Below, piece by piece: positions 12,288 through 26,200 of a stretch of 64,000 nucleotides of DNA. The first letter of the stretch is position 1, and each line of letters begins with the position of its first letter. A program made the translations under genes and the position numbers. This DNA comes from Paecilomyces variotii (taxonomy: Eukaryota). The DNA is taken from assembly GCA_004022145.1 (NCBI GenBank), contig RCNU01000007.1, one strand, 5' to 3'. The notes beneath the pieces are model-generated. The model made no database searches and was not told the origin of the DNA. It saw only the letters and a list, made by a program, of their open reading frames with translations.

Positions 12288-13558
12288 GGTAGTATTATTA
12301 TTATGATTCAACGTCAGATTGGGACAGGATTTAAGCGACAGTATAAGCTCTCGGTCATGTTGTGTCGCTCTTGACGGGGAGGATAACCCCATCTCTCGAT
12401 CCGCATAGATGACTGGGCCCGGGGAATTGAGCCCAATCACTGAGTCTGCCAGCATGCAAATGACAAGAGAGTGAAGTAGACAGTGACGATAAACAGTGAT
12501 AGGGCGCAGAGCTACCCCGGTTTGAAATCAGGTGAAGCTAAGAATGAACGTGGATGTGAAAGGGCTCTAAGGGTCAAAAAAAGGTAGGGTCGACAGCTGG
12601 ACTGTTTCAGCCACTCCACGGCAGCAGAAAACAATTGCCGAGCTTTTTCAGAGACATTCATACATTATATGCGGTGTAGTACTACTTCCCTCTTCCCTAC
12701 GGACGCGCATGACCATAGCCAACAAAAGCACGTCGCGTGAATTGAAACAACGAGAGCTGACTGGCTCAGGCAGCCCCAGAAAAGACCTAAAGTCGATAGA
12801 GCTGAACCAGACCCTATGGGGCACCTGTGGAAACAAGTCCAGCAGAAAAAAAGAAAAAGACCGCCACAAATCAGATCGTCACTGAATATTATCATCGCGC
12901 CAGCCGACGGTGACACACTGGCCTCAGGGGTCCTAGGGCTGCTGGGAGGGGAGAGGGGGGGGGGTATCGTTTTAAGGATGTTGCAGAAGATCAACATCCC
13001 CCGACAATCCTTCAAAAGGAAACCGTATTATTAAGATACAAACAAACAAACAACAGCAAGACAGTAGTACTCAAGACGGAGCGGGCGGAGAGCATCACTA
13101 TCAGTGCGTTCCTGGCCTTCTTTTCTTCTGCTGGGGGTTGCATGGATCGACGTGCTTCTCGGTAGTGGAGCCGACTTACGGAGTATGTACAAGTAGATCG
13201 CGAAATGGGCTTGTATGTGGCTTTGGATGGTAACACCTTTTTTGACTCCCCTGCTTGTGACGACATTCCCGGTTCCCGTCGATTATCCCGGAGCTAAAAT
13301 GAAATGATCTCTCGCTAAGCACCTCGTCTCCCCCGTCTCGATACTGGTGAGTTGGTACTTGTCGCAAAAAGATCGCGGATGCCGGGACAGCTTCCGATGC
13401 AGGGCGCCGGAGATCGATTGGGCTGCAGCAGCGGTGTGCAGTGGCGACAAAGTACGCGAAGACTCCGGGGTCTGACCAGGGATGAGCAAGCCGTAAGTAT
13501 GGAAGCCGGTCATACAAGGAATAAAAGTGACAAAGGACCAGGGGTAAAAGAAGAAGAG

Positions 13559-13581
13559 AAAAAAAAAAAAAAAAAAAAAAA
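13559..13581. repeat. Poly(A)/poly(T) tract of about 23 nt
   Basis: Uninterrupted A run just 3' of GPN1. Confidence 0.9.
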
Positions 13582-13659
13582 CAACGGAACATAGCGCTAA
13601 GCTAAACGGCGGCACAACAGCTTCAGCCATCGAACTCTCTGATTATCGATACTATGGCA

Positions 13660-14940
13660 TCATCGATTGATATTACTAGCACGCAGATATCGGGTAAAAC
13701 TGTGGTCTTTCTCATCCTGCGACGACGACCCGGCCAGAGCTTGCTGGTAGCGCTGTGACAGGCCCTCGTCTCCCCCTGTTCCGGATGTATTATAGTCGTC
13801 CTCGGAATCCTCGTCCGCAGAGTCCGTAGCACCAATCGTGTCACGCGAGTCGATGGCATCGTCTTCAGCCTCACTGACAGTTTCCGCCTCATCCCGCGCT
13901 GTTTGCGATGGACGACTAACCCCGGAGACGCTCATGTCTCTCATAAGTTTGCCCAGCTCTTGCTCGCGTCGGGCCGCCTTGGCGTCTTCGCGCTCTTTTC
14001 TTTTGCGTTCTAGCTCGGGCTTGTAGTCACGTTCGAATTCCTGGCGCTTTTCCTCCACTGCCTCGAAGAACTCATCGATACCGTCTCCGGTCATGGAGCT
14101 TACCCCGACGACATTGAGATGGCGGTAAAATTCCTCCAGCATCAAGCTCATACTGTTCAGCAGCGATCCCATGTATCCGCTGCCGCTGCCAAATCCTCCC
14201 GTACCTCCCTCCGCCCCAAAGACACCCGCCTCTTCCTCTTGTCGCAGCGCTGTCTGGAATGCATCAAAGTCGGTCATCCACTCCTTGGCAAACTCGGCAT
14301 CCTTGACGTCGGTCTTGTTGAAGACAAGGATCATCGGAAGTTTGGTCTTGTAAAGAATACTGCATGCGTAGAGCATGTTGCTCATGAAAGTGCTGGTCGA
14401 ACTCGTCCGCGGGGTATCAATCACGTAGGCGATCACGGTCGGGAAGGATGAGGCCAGCGTCTCAAGCAAGATGCTTCCCGATGCACTCCATACAAACACC
14501 TCGATCTGTCCTGGCGTATCGACGAGGATGTGCTCGATCGGTCGTCCGGCCGGTGTAGTCGAATCGGGTGACGTTCGCTTCTCCAGCAGCGCTATGATCT
14601 GATCCACTTTTGTAGCGAAAAGGTTCAGGGACGTAAGGATGCCACCGTTGGGCCCTAAGTTGTACTGTTTCATGACTTCTTTGTAGTTGATCGAATCACG
14701 GATATCGATGTTGCTCTCGAATGGGACCGTGTGCACTGCGGGGTCCAAATTCAGCACGTATGGTATCTTCTTCTCTGAATGTAGGTAGGAATTGATTCTC
14801 TGCATGAAGGTCGTCTTTCCGGAGCCTAAATCAAACACATCATCCATTATTATCAGTCTGCGCTCTGTCAGTAAGGTCAGAACGAGGGGATACGCACCGG
14901 CCATGCCGACGCAGACGACCGCCACCGGCGACTTCGCCAT
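13660..14940 (-). CDS. GPN1: GPN-loop GTPase 1 (Npa3/XAB1), RNA polymerase II biogenesis
   Basis: After removing intron 14826-14897 the P-loop reads GMAGSGKTT; also NLDPAV, LGPNGGI, DTPGQIE and NKTD motifs. Confidence 0.95.
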   Translation of the reverse strand: MAKSPVAVVCVGMAGAYPLVLTLLTERRLIIMDDVFDLGSGKTTFMQRINSYLHSEKKIPYVLNLDPAVHTVPFESNIDIRDSINYKEVMKQYNLGPNGGILTSLNLFATKVDQIIALLEKRTSPDSTTPAGRPIEHILVDTPGQIEVFVWSASGSILLETLASSFPTVIAYVIDTPRTSSTSTFMSNMLYACSILYKTKLPMILVFNKTDVKDAEFAKEWMTDFDAFQTALRQEEEAGVFGAEGGTGGFGSGSGYMGSLLNSMSLMLEEFYRHLNVVGVSSMTGDGIDEFFEAVEEKRQEFERDYKPELERKRKEREDAKAARREQELGKLMRDMSVSGVSRPSQTARDEAETVSEAEDDAIDSRDTIGATDSADEDSEDDYNTSGTGGDEGLSQRYQQALAGSSSQDEKDHSFTRYLRASNINR

Positions 14941-15238
14941 GGTTGCAGTGGCGCGTTCGCAAGATTCGTCGAGTGACAAGTTCTGTGATGAATTTTATGA
15001 ACAAGAGCGAAGAGAGACGAGATATGCTGCAAATAAAAGAGCGGGTGGGGGAGTTGTCGATTATTAGCTCTCGACAGAAATTCTTCGCGGGGAGTTTGGC
15101 TTACCATAGAAGAACGAGGTGGAGTCTAGCCCGGCCAGACGTCATCCCGGAGTTTGCCCTTCTGAAAGCGCGTTCTGCTCCCAACAGACAACGTTCAGCT
15201 CAACGAGCCATCAAGCACTGCTTGTCGGCACCAAAACA

Positions 15239-17394
15239 ATGACGCTCGAAGATTTCGAGAAGTCGCTCGCAGAGAGTAAAGAGCGGCGGGAACACAGGAG
15301 CAGCAAGGACAAGGACCGCGAAAGAGACCGCTCGAGGGAACGGCATCACCGTCATAATCACCATCATCACCGCCGTCACTCGTCACGGTCGAGAGAAAGG
15401 GAGCGCGATCGCGATCATGACCGACACAGACATCGAGATGATGAGGAACGTCATCGGCACAAACGTTCACGGCATTCTTCCAGCAACGGCGACAGCCACG
15501 AACACAGCCATAAGCGGAGACATCGAGGCAGCAGAGAAGAGCTCGAGGAACCTGTTCCGAAACGGGTAGTGCAAGAGGAGCCGACGCGGCTGAAACGAGA
15601 TGCTTGGATGGAAGCTCCGTCGGCTTTGGATATCGACTACGTACAACGACATGACAAGGATCGCTTACAGGAAGCACCAAAGCCGAAGATGTTGCAGGCC
15701 GATTTCGAACTCAAAATCCACGACAGAGAGCTCAATGAGCACCTCCAAGATATCAATAATGGAAAAGCGACTGAGGATATCGAACAAGAGCCAGCGCCGC
15801 ATGAGGTCGATTACGAGTTTGGCGATGCTGGCTCCCAATGGAGAATGACGAAACTCAAAGCCGTCTACAGAGAAGCGGAAGAAACTGGGAAGCCTGTGGA
15901 AGATATCGCCGTCGAGCGTTTCGGAGATCTGCGTTCATTCGATGATGCACGGGAGGAGGAGATAGAACTGGACCGCCGAGAAAGATACGGCGAGTCTTAC
16001 GTCGGAAAGGTGAAGCCCACTGGTGAGCTTTTCCAGGAGAGAAAGCTCGCTCGTGGTATCCATAGGGACGAGCATCAGCATACCAGAGACCCCGAAAAAG
16101 AGCACGAAGCACAAGGTCAGGGCAAACAGATGGAGACCGAGCCGCCTCTGAGGACTACGCAGCATCTGGACCTGACTGCCCTGAACAGGCTCAAGGCGCA
16201 GATGATGAAAGCCAAGCTACGGGGCTCATCCGACGCAGAAGAACTCGAAAAACGGTATAACATAGCGGCCGCCGATATGGCCAACCGTAAAGAGGCCGAT
16301 GTCGTCGTGCTCGGGGTTGCTGAGAACCCAATGCTGGCCGGCCAAAGGAATGAAGTCAAAGCTGTCGAGAACAAAAGAGGTCGTGAGAGGGGCCTAGTGG
16401 TGGAGAATGAAGATATGACTATTGACGATATGGTGCGGGAGGAGCGACGAACGCGTGGACAGGCTGGTGGTGAGGGCATGCGACTCGCAGAGCGAATCGC
16501 CAAAGACGCCAAATTTGATGTAAGATTTCTTCCTACTGCTTTGTATGTGCATGTGCTGACAAGATATCTCAGAATGACCTGGAATATATGGATGAAAATG
16601 CGGCAAAACTGGCAAGGAGGGTGCAGAAGTCCGAAATCAACCTGAAGAACATGGCCATCAACGAATTCCAGAAGATGAACCGCATCCTTGACAGCTGCGC
16701 TCTGTGCCACCATGAAGACACCAACACACCTCCTATCGCTCCTGTAGTATCTCTAGCAACACGCACTTATCTTACGCTCCCCACGGAGCCTGAGCTCAGC
16801 GAGGGAAGTGCCACCATAGTGCCCATTCAGCATCGCACAAATCTGCTGGAATGCGACGACGATGAGTGGGAAGAGATCCGAAATTTCATGAAGAGCCTGA
16901 CTCGGATGTATCACGACCAAGGGCGCGACGTTATCTTTTACGAGAATGCCGCACAACCTCAACGTAAGCGACATGCAGCGATGGAAGCGGTCCCGCTCCC
17001 ATATAGTCTTGGAGAAACATCCCCAGCCTTCTTCAAGGAGGCAATTCTACAAGCCGACTCGGAATGGACGCAACACCGCAAGCTGATCGACACTCGCGCG
17101 AAAGCGAGAGAGGGACTAGGGAAACTGGCCTTCCGACGCTCGATCGCAAAGGAGATGCCCTACTTCCACGTCTGGTTCGATTTGGACGGCGGACTCGGCC
17201 ATATCGTCGAGCACGAGCATCGCTGGCCACGCGGAGATCTCTTCGCTCGGGAAACAATCGGAGGCATGCTCGACTTGGAACCAGACGTTATAAAGCGGCA
17301 AGGACGGTGGTCCAGGGGCGGTGACAGACGTGTGGACGGCTTCCGGAAACGCTGGAGGAAGTTCGACTGGACACGGGTGTTGGTAGAAGGATGA
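15239..17394 (+). CDS. cwf19: Cwf19/CWF19L2 spliceosome-associated protein (CwfJ domains), 2 exons
   Basis: Arg/His-rich N-terminus, GSQWRMTKLK, intron ~16520-16572, C-x2-C (SCALCHH), IVPIQH, WEEIRNF, PYFHVWF...GGLGHIVE, FDWT. Divergent from GPN1 across about 300 bp. Confidence 0.92.
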
Positions 17395-17716
17395 AGTTTC
17401 TCCAACCACTGAGCGTGCATGGAAAAGTAGGACAAGTCAAAAAAATGTATTATATACGATTTTTGAGGGCGAAGGATGACTGCGTCTTTCTATCTGTTCT
17501 ATATGTAATCAGCATATTGTTTTAAGGGTCAGCTTAAATAAGCTCGCCTGTATTTCGCGACGGTTTACCAAACGCAGAGTCATATGTACCACTCAGTTCT
17601 CAAGCGGCGAAGTGGATGGTTTCGATACCTTGCAACAGTTATTGCGGTGTCTTACATACACTCTCCGGACTCCGGGCTCTTGATATTGGCACCTTTCACT
17701 CCCTCTCAATGTAAAA

Positions 17717-19563
17717 TCAAAGACTCCTCGCCTCATCTTCTGACATCTCTTCACTCTCCCTCAGCATGTAAAGTTCGAACAGCTCATCATGTCTCTCCTT
17801 AACCTTATCAAAGTCCAACCGAGGAGACACCCAACCATCCTTATCTATGCACAGTATCTGCCGCGTATACCCCCACAACGTACACCAGTCCGTATACCGT
17901 TCGAGTTCCCATGCATGCTTCTCTAACCCCTCAATGCTAACTTCAAAAGGACATAACCCCGGAAGTCCAATCTGTTCCCAAGTTTGAGAAATCCTCAAGA
18001 GAGAATCACGATGCGGTACAATACCATCCTTATACGTCCTCTCGCACGAGGAGAATAAATGCTGCACACTACGATTGATACCGATCAAAGCCAGGAATGA
18101 TTCGTAATGATACTTGGCTACCGCCGCTTCGTACCGCTTGCTAAGCATCGCTTTGTCTCTCTGTGATAGAGCGTATTCCTTCTCGTCTTCGTCCATGTGG
18201 TTGAAGGTCGCGGGTAGATCCGGTTTGATCATTCCAACCTGATAGTTTTCTGGTGGATTGAGAAATTCCGGCCATTGAACTTGTGTGAAAGAAGGTAGGA
18301 TAGAGGTGTATTGCCAGTCTATTATATTGACGATGACTGTGGGGTCGGTATTAGAGACAAATATATTCCCTAGGTGAAGATCAGAATGCCAAAGTGTTGG
18401 TGTGGAAAATCGTTGTAAAGTAGGATGTTCTGCCAATATTGGTATGATTTTCTGGGTGTTTTTTAGTGTCTGGATATGTTCATCTTTAGAGCCGTAGTGT
18501 GGACCACGAGCCGTGAGGTGGTTGGAGTTTGATACGTGCCAAATTCCTCTGTTAGCCATGGAGAGACTGAAGTCGGTAAGATTGGTCCCTGGGAGAAGTT
18601 GAAGTTGGTGTTAGGAAAAACAGAAGGGGCTAAATTGTATGTATGAGGGGACTTACACGGTCCAGCATCATCTCGATGATTTCCGAACTGAGGAAACCAT
18701 CCCTCGTGATAATATGGTCCGATACAATACGTATCATCATCATCCATGGCTATAGATGATCTGCTAGAATCACGCTCGAACGTATCCCGAAAATACAAAC
18801 TCCCATAACCAGGAAACTTTCTAGATGCGACACTACTCTCCATCTGAGCTAGATTGTGAATCAATTTGAACCGACTGGATAAATCCATATCTCCCCATAA
18901 TTCGATTAGCTGTCTCCCTGGGGCTTTCTCCATTATGATATATTCCGATCCCACGGGATTCGATATCTCAGAACTCCACGCTAGAACTTTGCATACTGGT
19001 ACAGACGTGTAACGATCGACTGGCAATTGTGATGATTAGAAAAATACACTACAGATTCTTAGATGTCAGATAGATAACATTACCGAAATCCAGAGTAGCA
19101 GCTTCGGATTCCGTGACATACTTCGGAGGTACGATTTGTGCAAGGGGGATCTTAGCAATGACCTCCTTTCCGTTCTCTGCAGTCATCAACAATGCTTTAT
19201 TGAAGCCGCCCTCTATTTTATCGATTTTCGAAATGGGAGACGAAATGGAAGGTAAGGAAGAAACCAAAGAGCAGAGAGCATCGACGTCGAATTTGGCATA
19301 GCGTCTAGCTCGTTCGCGGGCTTCGTTGACAAGGAATCGCCCATTGGTATATTCAAACAGCTGCTCGCGCCGAATAGGCTCGCCTAGAAACGTAAGAAAC
19401 CTGTTCCGGAAGGAATGCTACTACATCATTGAAGGATACTGGACATACCCTGGCAAGTTATCGAGATGTACCTAGAGAGAGGTCTTCTTGGGAATAGGAC
19501 CGTTGCGGTAGATCTGAGGTGGAATGCATTGGTAGTAAACGAAGAGGTAAGCGCGTATTGCAT
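17717..19563 (-). CDS. Aminoglycoside-phosphotransferase (APH)/AIM9-like kinase-fold protein, 4 exons
   Basis: FEYTNGRFL, KIEGGFNKA, VIAKIP, ESEAATLDF, NPVGSEYIIMEKAPG, LWHSDLHLGNIFV, IIDWQ; GT-AG introns at ~19448-19385, ~19083-19022 and ~18657-18590. Confidence 0.85.
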
Positions 19564-20439
19564 AGTAGCAATCAATGACATAACTGGCCTGGAATCAATT
19601 CCACGCCTTTTATCAATATGCACGTCTCATGCTCGAGAGAAATCTGACAATCAGCTGTTGTGTTATCATCCGTTAGTTGTTCTGTCCATCAGATCTCCCT
19701 TGAAGCTCGACGTTCGTTGATGCCCATAAGTAATAAGGGCGGGCGAATCACAGGCTGCGTGCTGTTGCCCCAGGCACTATCTACACCGCATCGCTTTGTT
19801 TCACGAAGCGCCCAAGTTCAGCTTCAGCATCCAAATGAGCTGCTTTCTTGGAGAGAGACATGCAAGAGGCGTTGTGATTATCGGATATGCTTTTTTAGGA
19901 TTAAACTTTCGAATAAGATTTGCTTTTACTTTTCCTTTTACTTCAAACTCCGAGACTATAGAACTATATAATAACTCGACTATATACTTAGAAATCCCAC
20001 GACTGATGATGATTAGTTGCATAGTTCCTAAATATTATCCTAAGTCGTCAAGTGGCGGTTCTTAATATCCTTCTCGATAGGTTGTTGTTTGATAGAGGAC
20101 TTTTCAATAGTTGATGTGATGCTGCCATGGATTATGCTATGGATTTATAAACTAGGTTTACTGCTACTGTTTTTAGCGCATATAGGGCAGGTGTATGAAT
20201 CATCGAGTGAAATATAAAAGATGCAAGTGGAATTGATATCAAGAGGATTTCACATGATCTATGTGTGCTGCTGATGCAGCCAATTTAGCAACACGAGAAC
20301 ACTGTAAACACAAGAGGCCGCAAATGCTCCAGAAACTCCCATATCACAATCCCAGTCACCGGATATTACCTGCCCGCCAATCCAGTATTAACAATCATTA
20401 AGGTATCATACGAGAATAGCAAAGTAGCGACCAGCCCTT

Positions 20440-22603
20440 TTATTTCCCGCTGGAGCGCCCCCGTCTCATGTTCTCCTTGCACTCGTTGCAATACCATTTC
20501 ACTGTACATACCGAGTTAGCGCTTCGAATGACAGACGACAGGAAGACAAACTTACCATTCTTCCCCGGTGGCTTCGTCAGCCCAACACAAGACAGATGGA
20601 ACCACTCTCGAGGGCAAGCATCATTATCGCACGCCACCATCTCTCCGAAACTGATCTCGTTGCAGTAGCAGTACCGTGGCTCTCCATCGTCGTCCTCATC
20701 GTCACCCTCGCGCGACGATTCTTCGTCTTCGGTGGCAGCAGCAGCCTGCTGGACCAGCGCCAGGCCCTTCTTAGCCCTTTTAACGCCTGCGGTATCGGTG
20801 TTCCGAGACGGCCGGGATCGCTGCTGAGTGGCTTCAGAGAAGGTGGTGGCCACAGGAGTGGAATTCTTCGAGGCTCGACCTTTTGCAGCTGGAGCTGAAG
20901 GCGGTGCAGGGTCCGCCCTTTCAATCCCTGCTGGACTGGGCTCTACACTTGCCTGCTCTGTCCCTTCTTGCTTCGTCGCTACAGAAGCCGGGGCTGTGGC
21001 AGCATCATCTGCTGTATCCATGACATCAGGAGTAGCCTCCGCGCCCGCGTGTGGAGTAGCTTCCTTGGTCCCTTCTTTGACTGGAGGCTTTGTTTCTGCG
21101 GATTTGTCTATGGTTGGGCCCGTGTTAGAAGGGGTAGTGTCCAGGGTAGGTCCAGGTCCGGGGAACGTACTGCCATTGTTCGCACGGTTCGATGCGGAAG
21201 AAGGCGGTCTCTGGCGAGCATTTGAAGCCTGGTTATTGTTTGGCTGGGCTCTGGAAGACTGCGGCCGGGCAGTCGTATTCGGACCAGGGCTAGGTGCGTT
21301 TCTCGGGGCATTGAACGTCCCAATAACAGGGGAGGAGACCAGAGAGGGTGAGCCAGGTCCGGCAGTGGTGGTATTATTCCTACGATGGAGTTAGCAACCG
21401 TCTCCATTTCTCCATTGACACATACGACTGATACAACGTACCGTTTGCGACCATTAGCAGCAGGAGCATTAGATGCCCGGGCTCTCTTCTTGGTTTCCGC
21501 AGCGGGAGCATCCTTCGAATGGGCACGTCCGCCGGCAGTGACGCCGCTCAGAGACCGCTCCATGGCAGCTCCTGTCTGCACCGGTTGTGGCCGCTCGACC
21601 TTCCGGCGCTTGGTCGGGGCAGTAGCCGTACCAGCGATTCCCAGTCCAGTTTGTTCAGCAGCGTTGTCCGCCCCAGCACCACCTCGAGCCTTGGCTCCAG
21701 CACCCTTGCGACCAACGCGCGCTTCATCAAAGTCGGAGTCTTGGTGTGCGCGGCGCTGCTTTCGAGCCAGGACGGCTTCACGTCGTGCTTCGCTACGAGA
21801 GGCCGCTTCAGCTTCGTGGAGAGCAGCAAGATCCTGCTTCGCTGCCTCGCGACGGGGACGCTCGTTTGTGCTGCGAGCATCCTTGGCCGCCGATTTATTC
21901 GAATAGGCCCAGTGGGTGAGGCTACCCAGTCGAGACTCCTCGCTAATCTCACCTGATATATACGGGAATACGGTATCGAGACGGAAGAGCTGTCTGTCGA
22001 GCTCCTCGTTGGCATTGGTCAGCACATGGTTCTTCTCATCCGCCGTCATCATCAGGTCCGTCAGGGTGTGCCGAACACGGTCGAAGAGCAGTCTGCGATT
22101 CTTGCTCTCATGCGATTCTGGGATTTGCGAAGCATCCTACGGCGAGATCCTCACGTCAGTAACTATATAAAATCCCTCTGCCCGCTATGGGAGCGACGCA
22201 CCTTCGGTTGCGCATCCTCGCGAATGAAGCCGTCCACTATCGGCGCCGGATTAGGCGGGTATGGAACAGGCTCTGAGTCAGAGGCAGTCTTCAAAAGCTG
22301 CAATAGATTCTCCTCCAGTGCCCATGCCTTCGCATCCACCTCCTTCAGCAGGGAGTTGTGACGACGAAACTCTCGGGGCAGCGCAGCGACGGCATCGGTG
22401 AAATGGGACAGCGCTGGATAGAATCCGTGCGGGATGGTAGGAGTTGGCGGTGCATCTGTCACAGAGGAGTGACCATAGGCGAAAGAAGATCGACTCAGCG
22501 TCTTAGATGTCCGTGATGGGTTCGTTCGCGTCTGCCGCACAGGCTGGCGGACACCCTGGGCTTGCGAGTTTACTGTCGACGACGACGCTACGGCGGCAGA
22601 CAT
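20440..22603 (-). CDS. ING-family PHD finger chromatin protein (Pho23-like), 4 exons
   Basis: N-terminal ING domain ([26 protein letters not shown]) and C-terminal [38 protein letters not shown]...WYCNEC. Confidence 0.9.
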
Positions 22604-23210
22604 GGTTGCTCCAGCCGGACCGGGATCGATCCTGGAGAGTCTGCTCTGTAGCGTAGGTAAAGAGAGAGCTGCGATATGATTCGAAAATGAGGCTCAAGAG
22701 ATCATAGCATGAACAGGCCAGGAAAAGCGAGGGACGCAGGAAAAGATGAAGCCGAGAGGATGAGGAGAAGGCGGCGAAGAGAGCTGGAGAGCTTGCACTT
22801 GCCTGTTTGGGAATTTTATGCACTAACCGTTTGTGGAATTTTATGTACGATGACTAATTACACGTGTTTTATGCAGCTCGTCCGATAGTACCATAGTCTA
22901 GTCATAGGGTAGATAGAACCAGTGTCAAATACTATGAATCAACCATCCTTTATTTTACAGAACTCTAGACGGCCGGCCAGCATCCCTCCAGGCGATAGAC
23001 CCTGGGAAACTGACAGATCGAACGATGACGGCATCAACACCGCTGGATACCATGCTTCCAACAAGACAACAAAGGGAGATGATACAAAAAGGGAGATGGA
23101 ATGATCCAACAATACACGGTCCAAGGCCAAGTTTCCGAGAACGTTCAAATAATTTTGCAACTATTATCTCCCCCTCTTCTACACTGCAGCGAGCGACCCA
23201 CTGAGGTCGT

Positions 23211-26200
23211 TTACTCGCCCTTCAGGTGCTCCTGGTGGACGCTGAAGGCATCCTCCAGCAGCTCAGCCTCCTCCTTCAGGTGGCTGGCCTTGTTACCGGT
23301 GGCAACAGAGGCGCTGGGGGCACGACCGGCGTACAACACGTGGCGGCGGTTGTGGTGCTCAGTCGCGTTCAGGAGCGTCTCAAGACGCGGCTGGGTGTAA
23401 CTCCAGGCACCGGCGTTCAGCGGCTCTTCCTGGCACCAGACAATGTTCTTGGCGTTGGGGTAGCTGTCCAGGTTCTCCTTGAGCTGCGCCCACGGGAAGG
23501 GGTGGAGCTGCTCAATACGGGTGATGGCGGTGTTGCGGATGCCCTGGCTCTCACGGTGCTTGGTCAGCGCGGCGTACACCTGACCAGAGCAAAGGATGAC
23601 ACGCTCGATCTTCTCGGGCTCGTCAATGGCGGTGCCGTGGGCAGGGTCGGGGATGATCCACTGGAAGTGGGAGTCGCCGGTGAACTCCTCAAGAGGAGAG
23701 CGGGCAATCGGGTGACGCAGGAGAGACTTCGAGAAGAAGATCACGAGAGCTATACGGAGTATTAGTCGACTTTCTAAAGAAGAAATGAAGAAAAAACGAA
23801 GGACTTACGCTTGCGGAACTGGCGGTTGATCTGGCGGCGCATGATGTGGAACAGGTTGGATGGGGAGGTCATGTAGGCAATCTGCATGTTGCAGTCCTGG
23901 TGCTGGCGCTGCAGCTTTTCCTCAGACGGGAACACGCGGGGCTCCTCGTTACAGAGCTGCAGCCAACGCTCCATTCTACCGGAAGAGTGCTCAGGACCCT
24001 GTCCATCATAACCGTGAGGCAGAGAGACGACCAGACCAGAGCGCTGCAGCCACTTAGCTTCACCGGAAGCAATGAACTGGTCAATGATACATTGGGCGTT
24101 GTTGGCGAAGTCACCGAACTGGGCCTCCCACATCACCAGGGCGTTGGGGGAGGTCAGAGAGTAACCGTACTCGAAACCGAGACTGCAAACGAAAAGACGG
24201 ATTAGTCCGACGCGCCCCGTAAAAGCATAGGGGTGAAAAAAAAAGGAAGGTACTTACGCGCCGAACTCGCTCAGAGAGGAGTTAGAGATGACAAAGGAGC
24301 CCTGGTCAGGAGTGATGTGTTGCAGAGGAGTGTAGGTGGCCTCGCTCTCCTGGTCGTGCAGGACAGCGTGACGCTGCGAGAAGGTACCACGCTCGACATC
24401 CTGTCCAGAGACACGGACATGGTGACCCTCAGCGACGAGGGAACCGAATGCCAGAGCCTCAGCGGTGGACCAGTCGATGTTTTCACCTTCGTCAACGGTC
24501 TTCTTACGGTTGCTCAAGATACGCTTGAGGTTGCGGTGGAGATTGAAGCCTTCGGGAGCACCACTGATCTTGTCGGCGATGGACTTCAGCAGGTCAGCAT
24601 CGACACCGGTAGGAAGGTGAGGCAGGATCTCGGTAGCCAGTTCCTTGGGGGTCTTGAAGCCGTTCCAGGCGGAGGTGAGCCATTCACGGCTGGTGGGCTG
24701 GTAGTCCTTGCTGCGGTCGAAGCTGTCGTTGAGCATGCCCCAGACCCACTTCTTGTGCTCCTCGATGTCCTCCTTGGTGAAGGTACCCTCAGCGATCAGC
24801 TTCTCGACGTACTTGTCGAGCTGGCTCTTCTGAGAGCTGATGCGCTTGTACATCAGGGGCTGGGTGAAGAAAGGCTGGTCGGTCTCGTTGTGGCCGTGCT
24901 TACGGTAGCAGACAATGTCCACGACGACATCACGCTTGAACTCGGCACGCCAGTCAGCAGCAACCTGGCAGACGTAGTTGACAGCCTCGACATCGTCACC
25001 GTTGACGTGGAAGACGGGAGCGTCGATGGCCTTGGCAATGTCGGAACAGTAGGGGGTGGAACGAGCAAAGCGAGGATCAGTGGTGAAACCGATCTGGTTG
25101 TTCACGACGATGTGAACGGTACCACCGGTGGAGTAGGCGGGCAGAGAGTGGAATCCCAGAGTCTCATAGACGACTCCCTGGGCGGCGAAGGCGGCATCAC
25201 CGTGCAGCAAGACACCCATGGCGGTGTTGAACTCCTTCTCGTCGTTGTTGTAGTGCTGGATGGCACGGGCCTTTCCGAGGACAACGGGGTCCTCAGCCTC
25301 CAGATGGGAGGGGTTGGCGACCAGAGACAGCTGCACGCGCTTGCCAGAGGGAGTGGGACGCTCGAAGTTCATACCCAAGTGGTACTTGACATCACCCGAA
25401 CCCTCGTCGGAGGGGTCACCGGAGCCGGTGAACTCGCTGAAGATGGACTCGTTCGGCTTGCGGACGACGTTGGACAGAACGTTCAGACGACCACGGTGAG
25501 GCATACCAATGACGACGTCCTTGATACCGTAGTCGACACTGCGGTCGATCAGGGCCTTCATACCAGGCACCAAGCTCTCGCATCCCTCCAGACCGAAACG
25601 CTTGTCGTTGGGGAACTTGGTAGCCAGGAAAGATTCGAAGCTGGAACTCCAGATGAGACGGTCGAGGATGCGGCGCTTCTCATCGACGGAGTACTTGTAG
25701 GGCTGAGGGACCTCGAAGCGGTCACGGATCCAGTCGCAGGGCTTGCGGTCCGGGATGTGGATGTACTCGACACCGTAGGAGCCGCAGTAGATCTTCTCGC
25801 ACGCGTCGATGATCTCGCGCAGGGTCATCTTCTTGCGCGACTCGGTGGCGAAGCGAGGCAGAATACCAGGTCCCAGAGTGAACTCCTTGTCGAGATCCGC
25901 CTCGGTGAATCCATAGTGGTCCAGGTGCAGCTCCTTGGGGTCGTTGTAACCGAACGCTTCCGAGTCGCCGCGGATACCCAGAGGATCAATCTTGGCCTTG
26001 TGGTGGCCACGAGCCTGGTAGGCGCGAACCAGCAGCTGGACCTTCAGGTGCTCCGTGAGATCGTTGTCGGCGCCAAGTCCAGCACCGGGCATGACCGAGG
26101 GCACACCACCGGCGGGAGGAGGAATGAGGGTGGGCGGCGGTTGGAAAGCCTGGGAGATGGGCATCTTGCCCGACTCCATGTTCTTGAAGTACGTCCGCCA

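Noticed and set aside
13491-13500. ATACTTAC on the minus strand resembling the U1 snRNA 5' end (GTAAGT on plus)
   Set aside because: Continues GG rather than CTGG; no U1 loop or Sm motifs recognised, and no convincing plus-strand gene.
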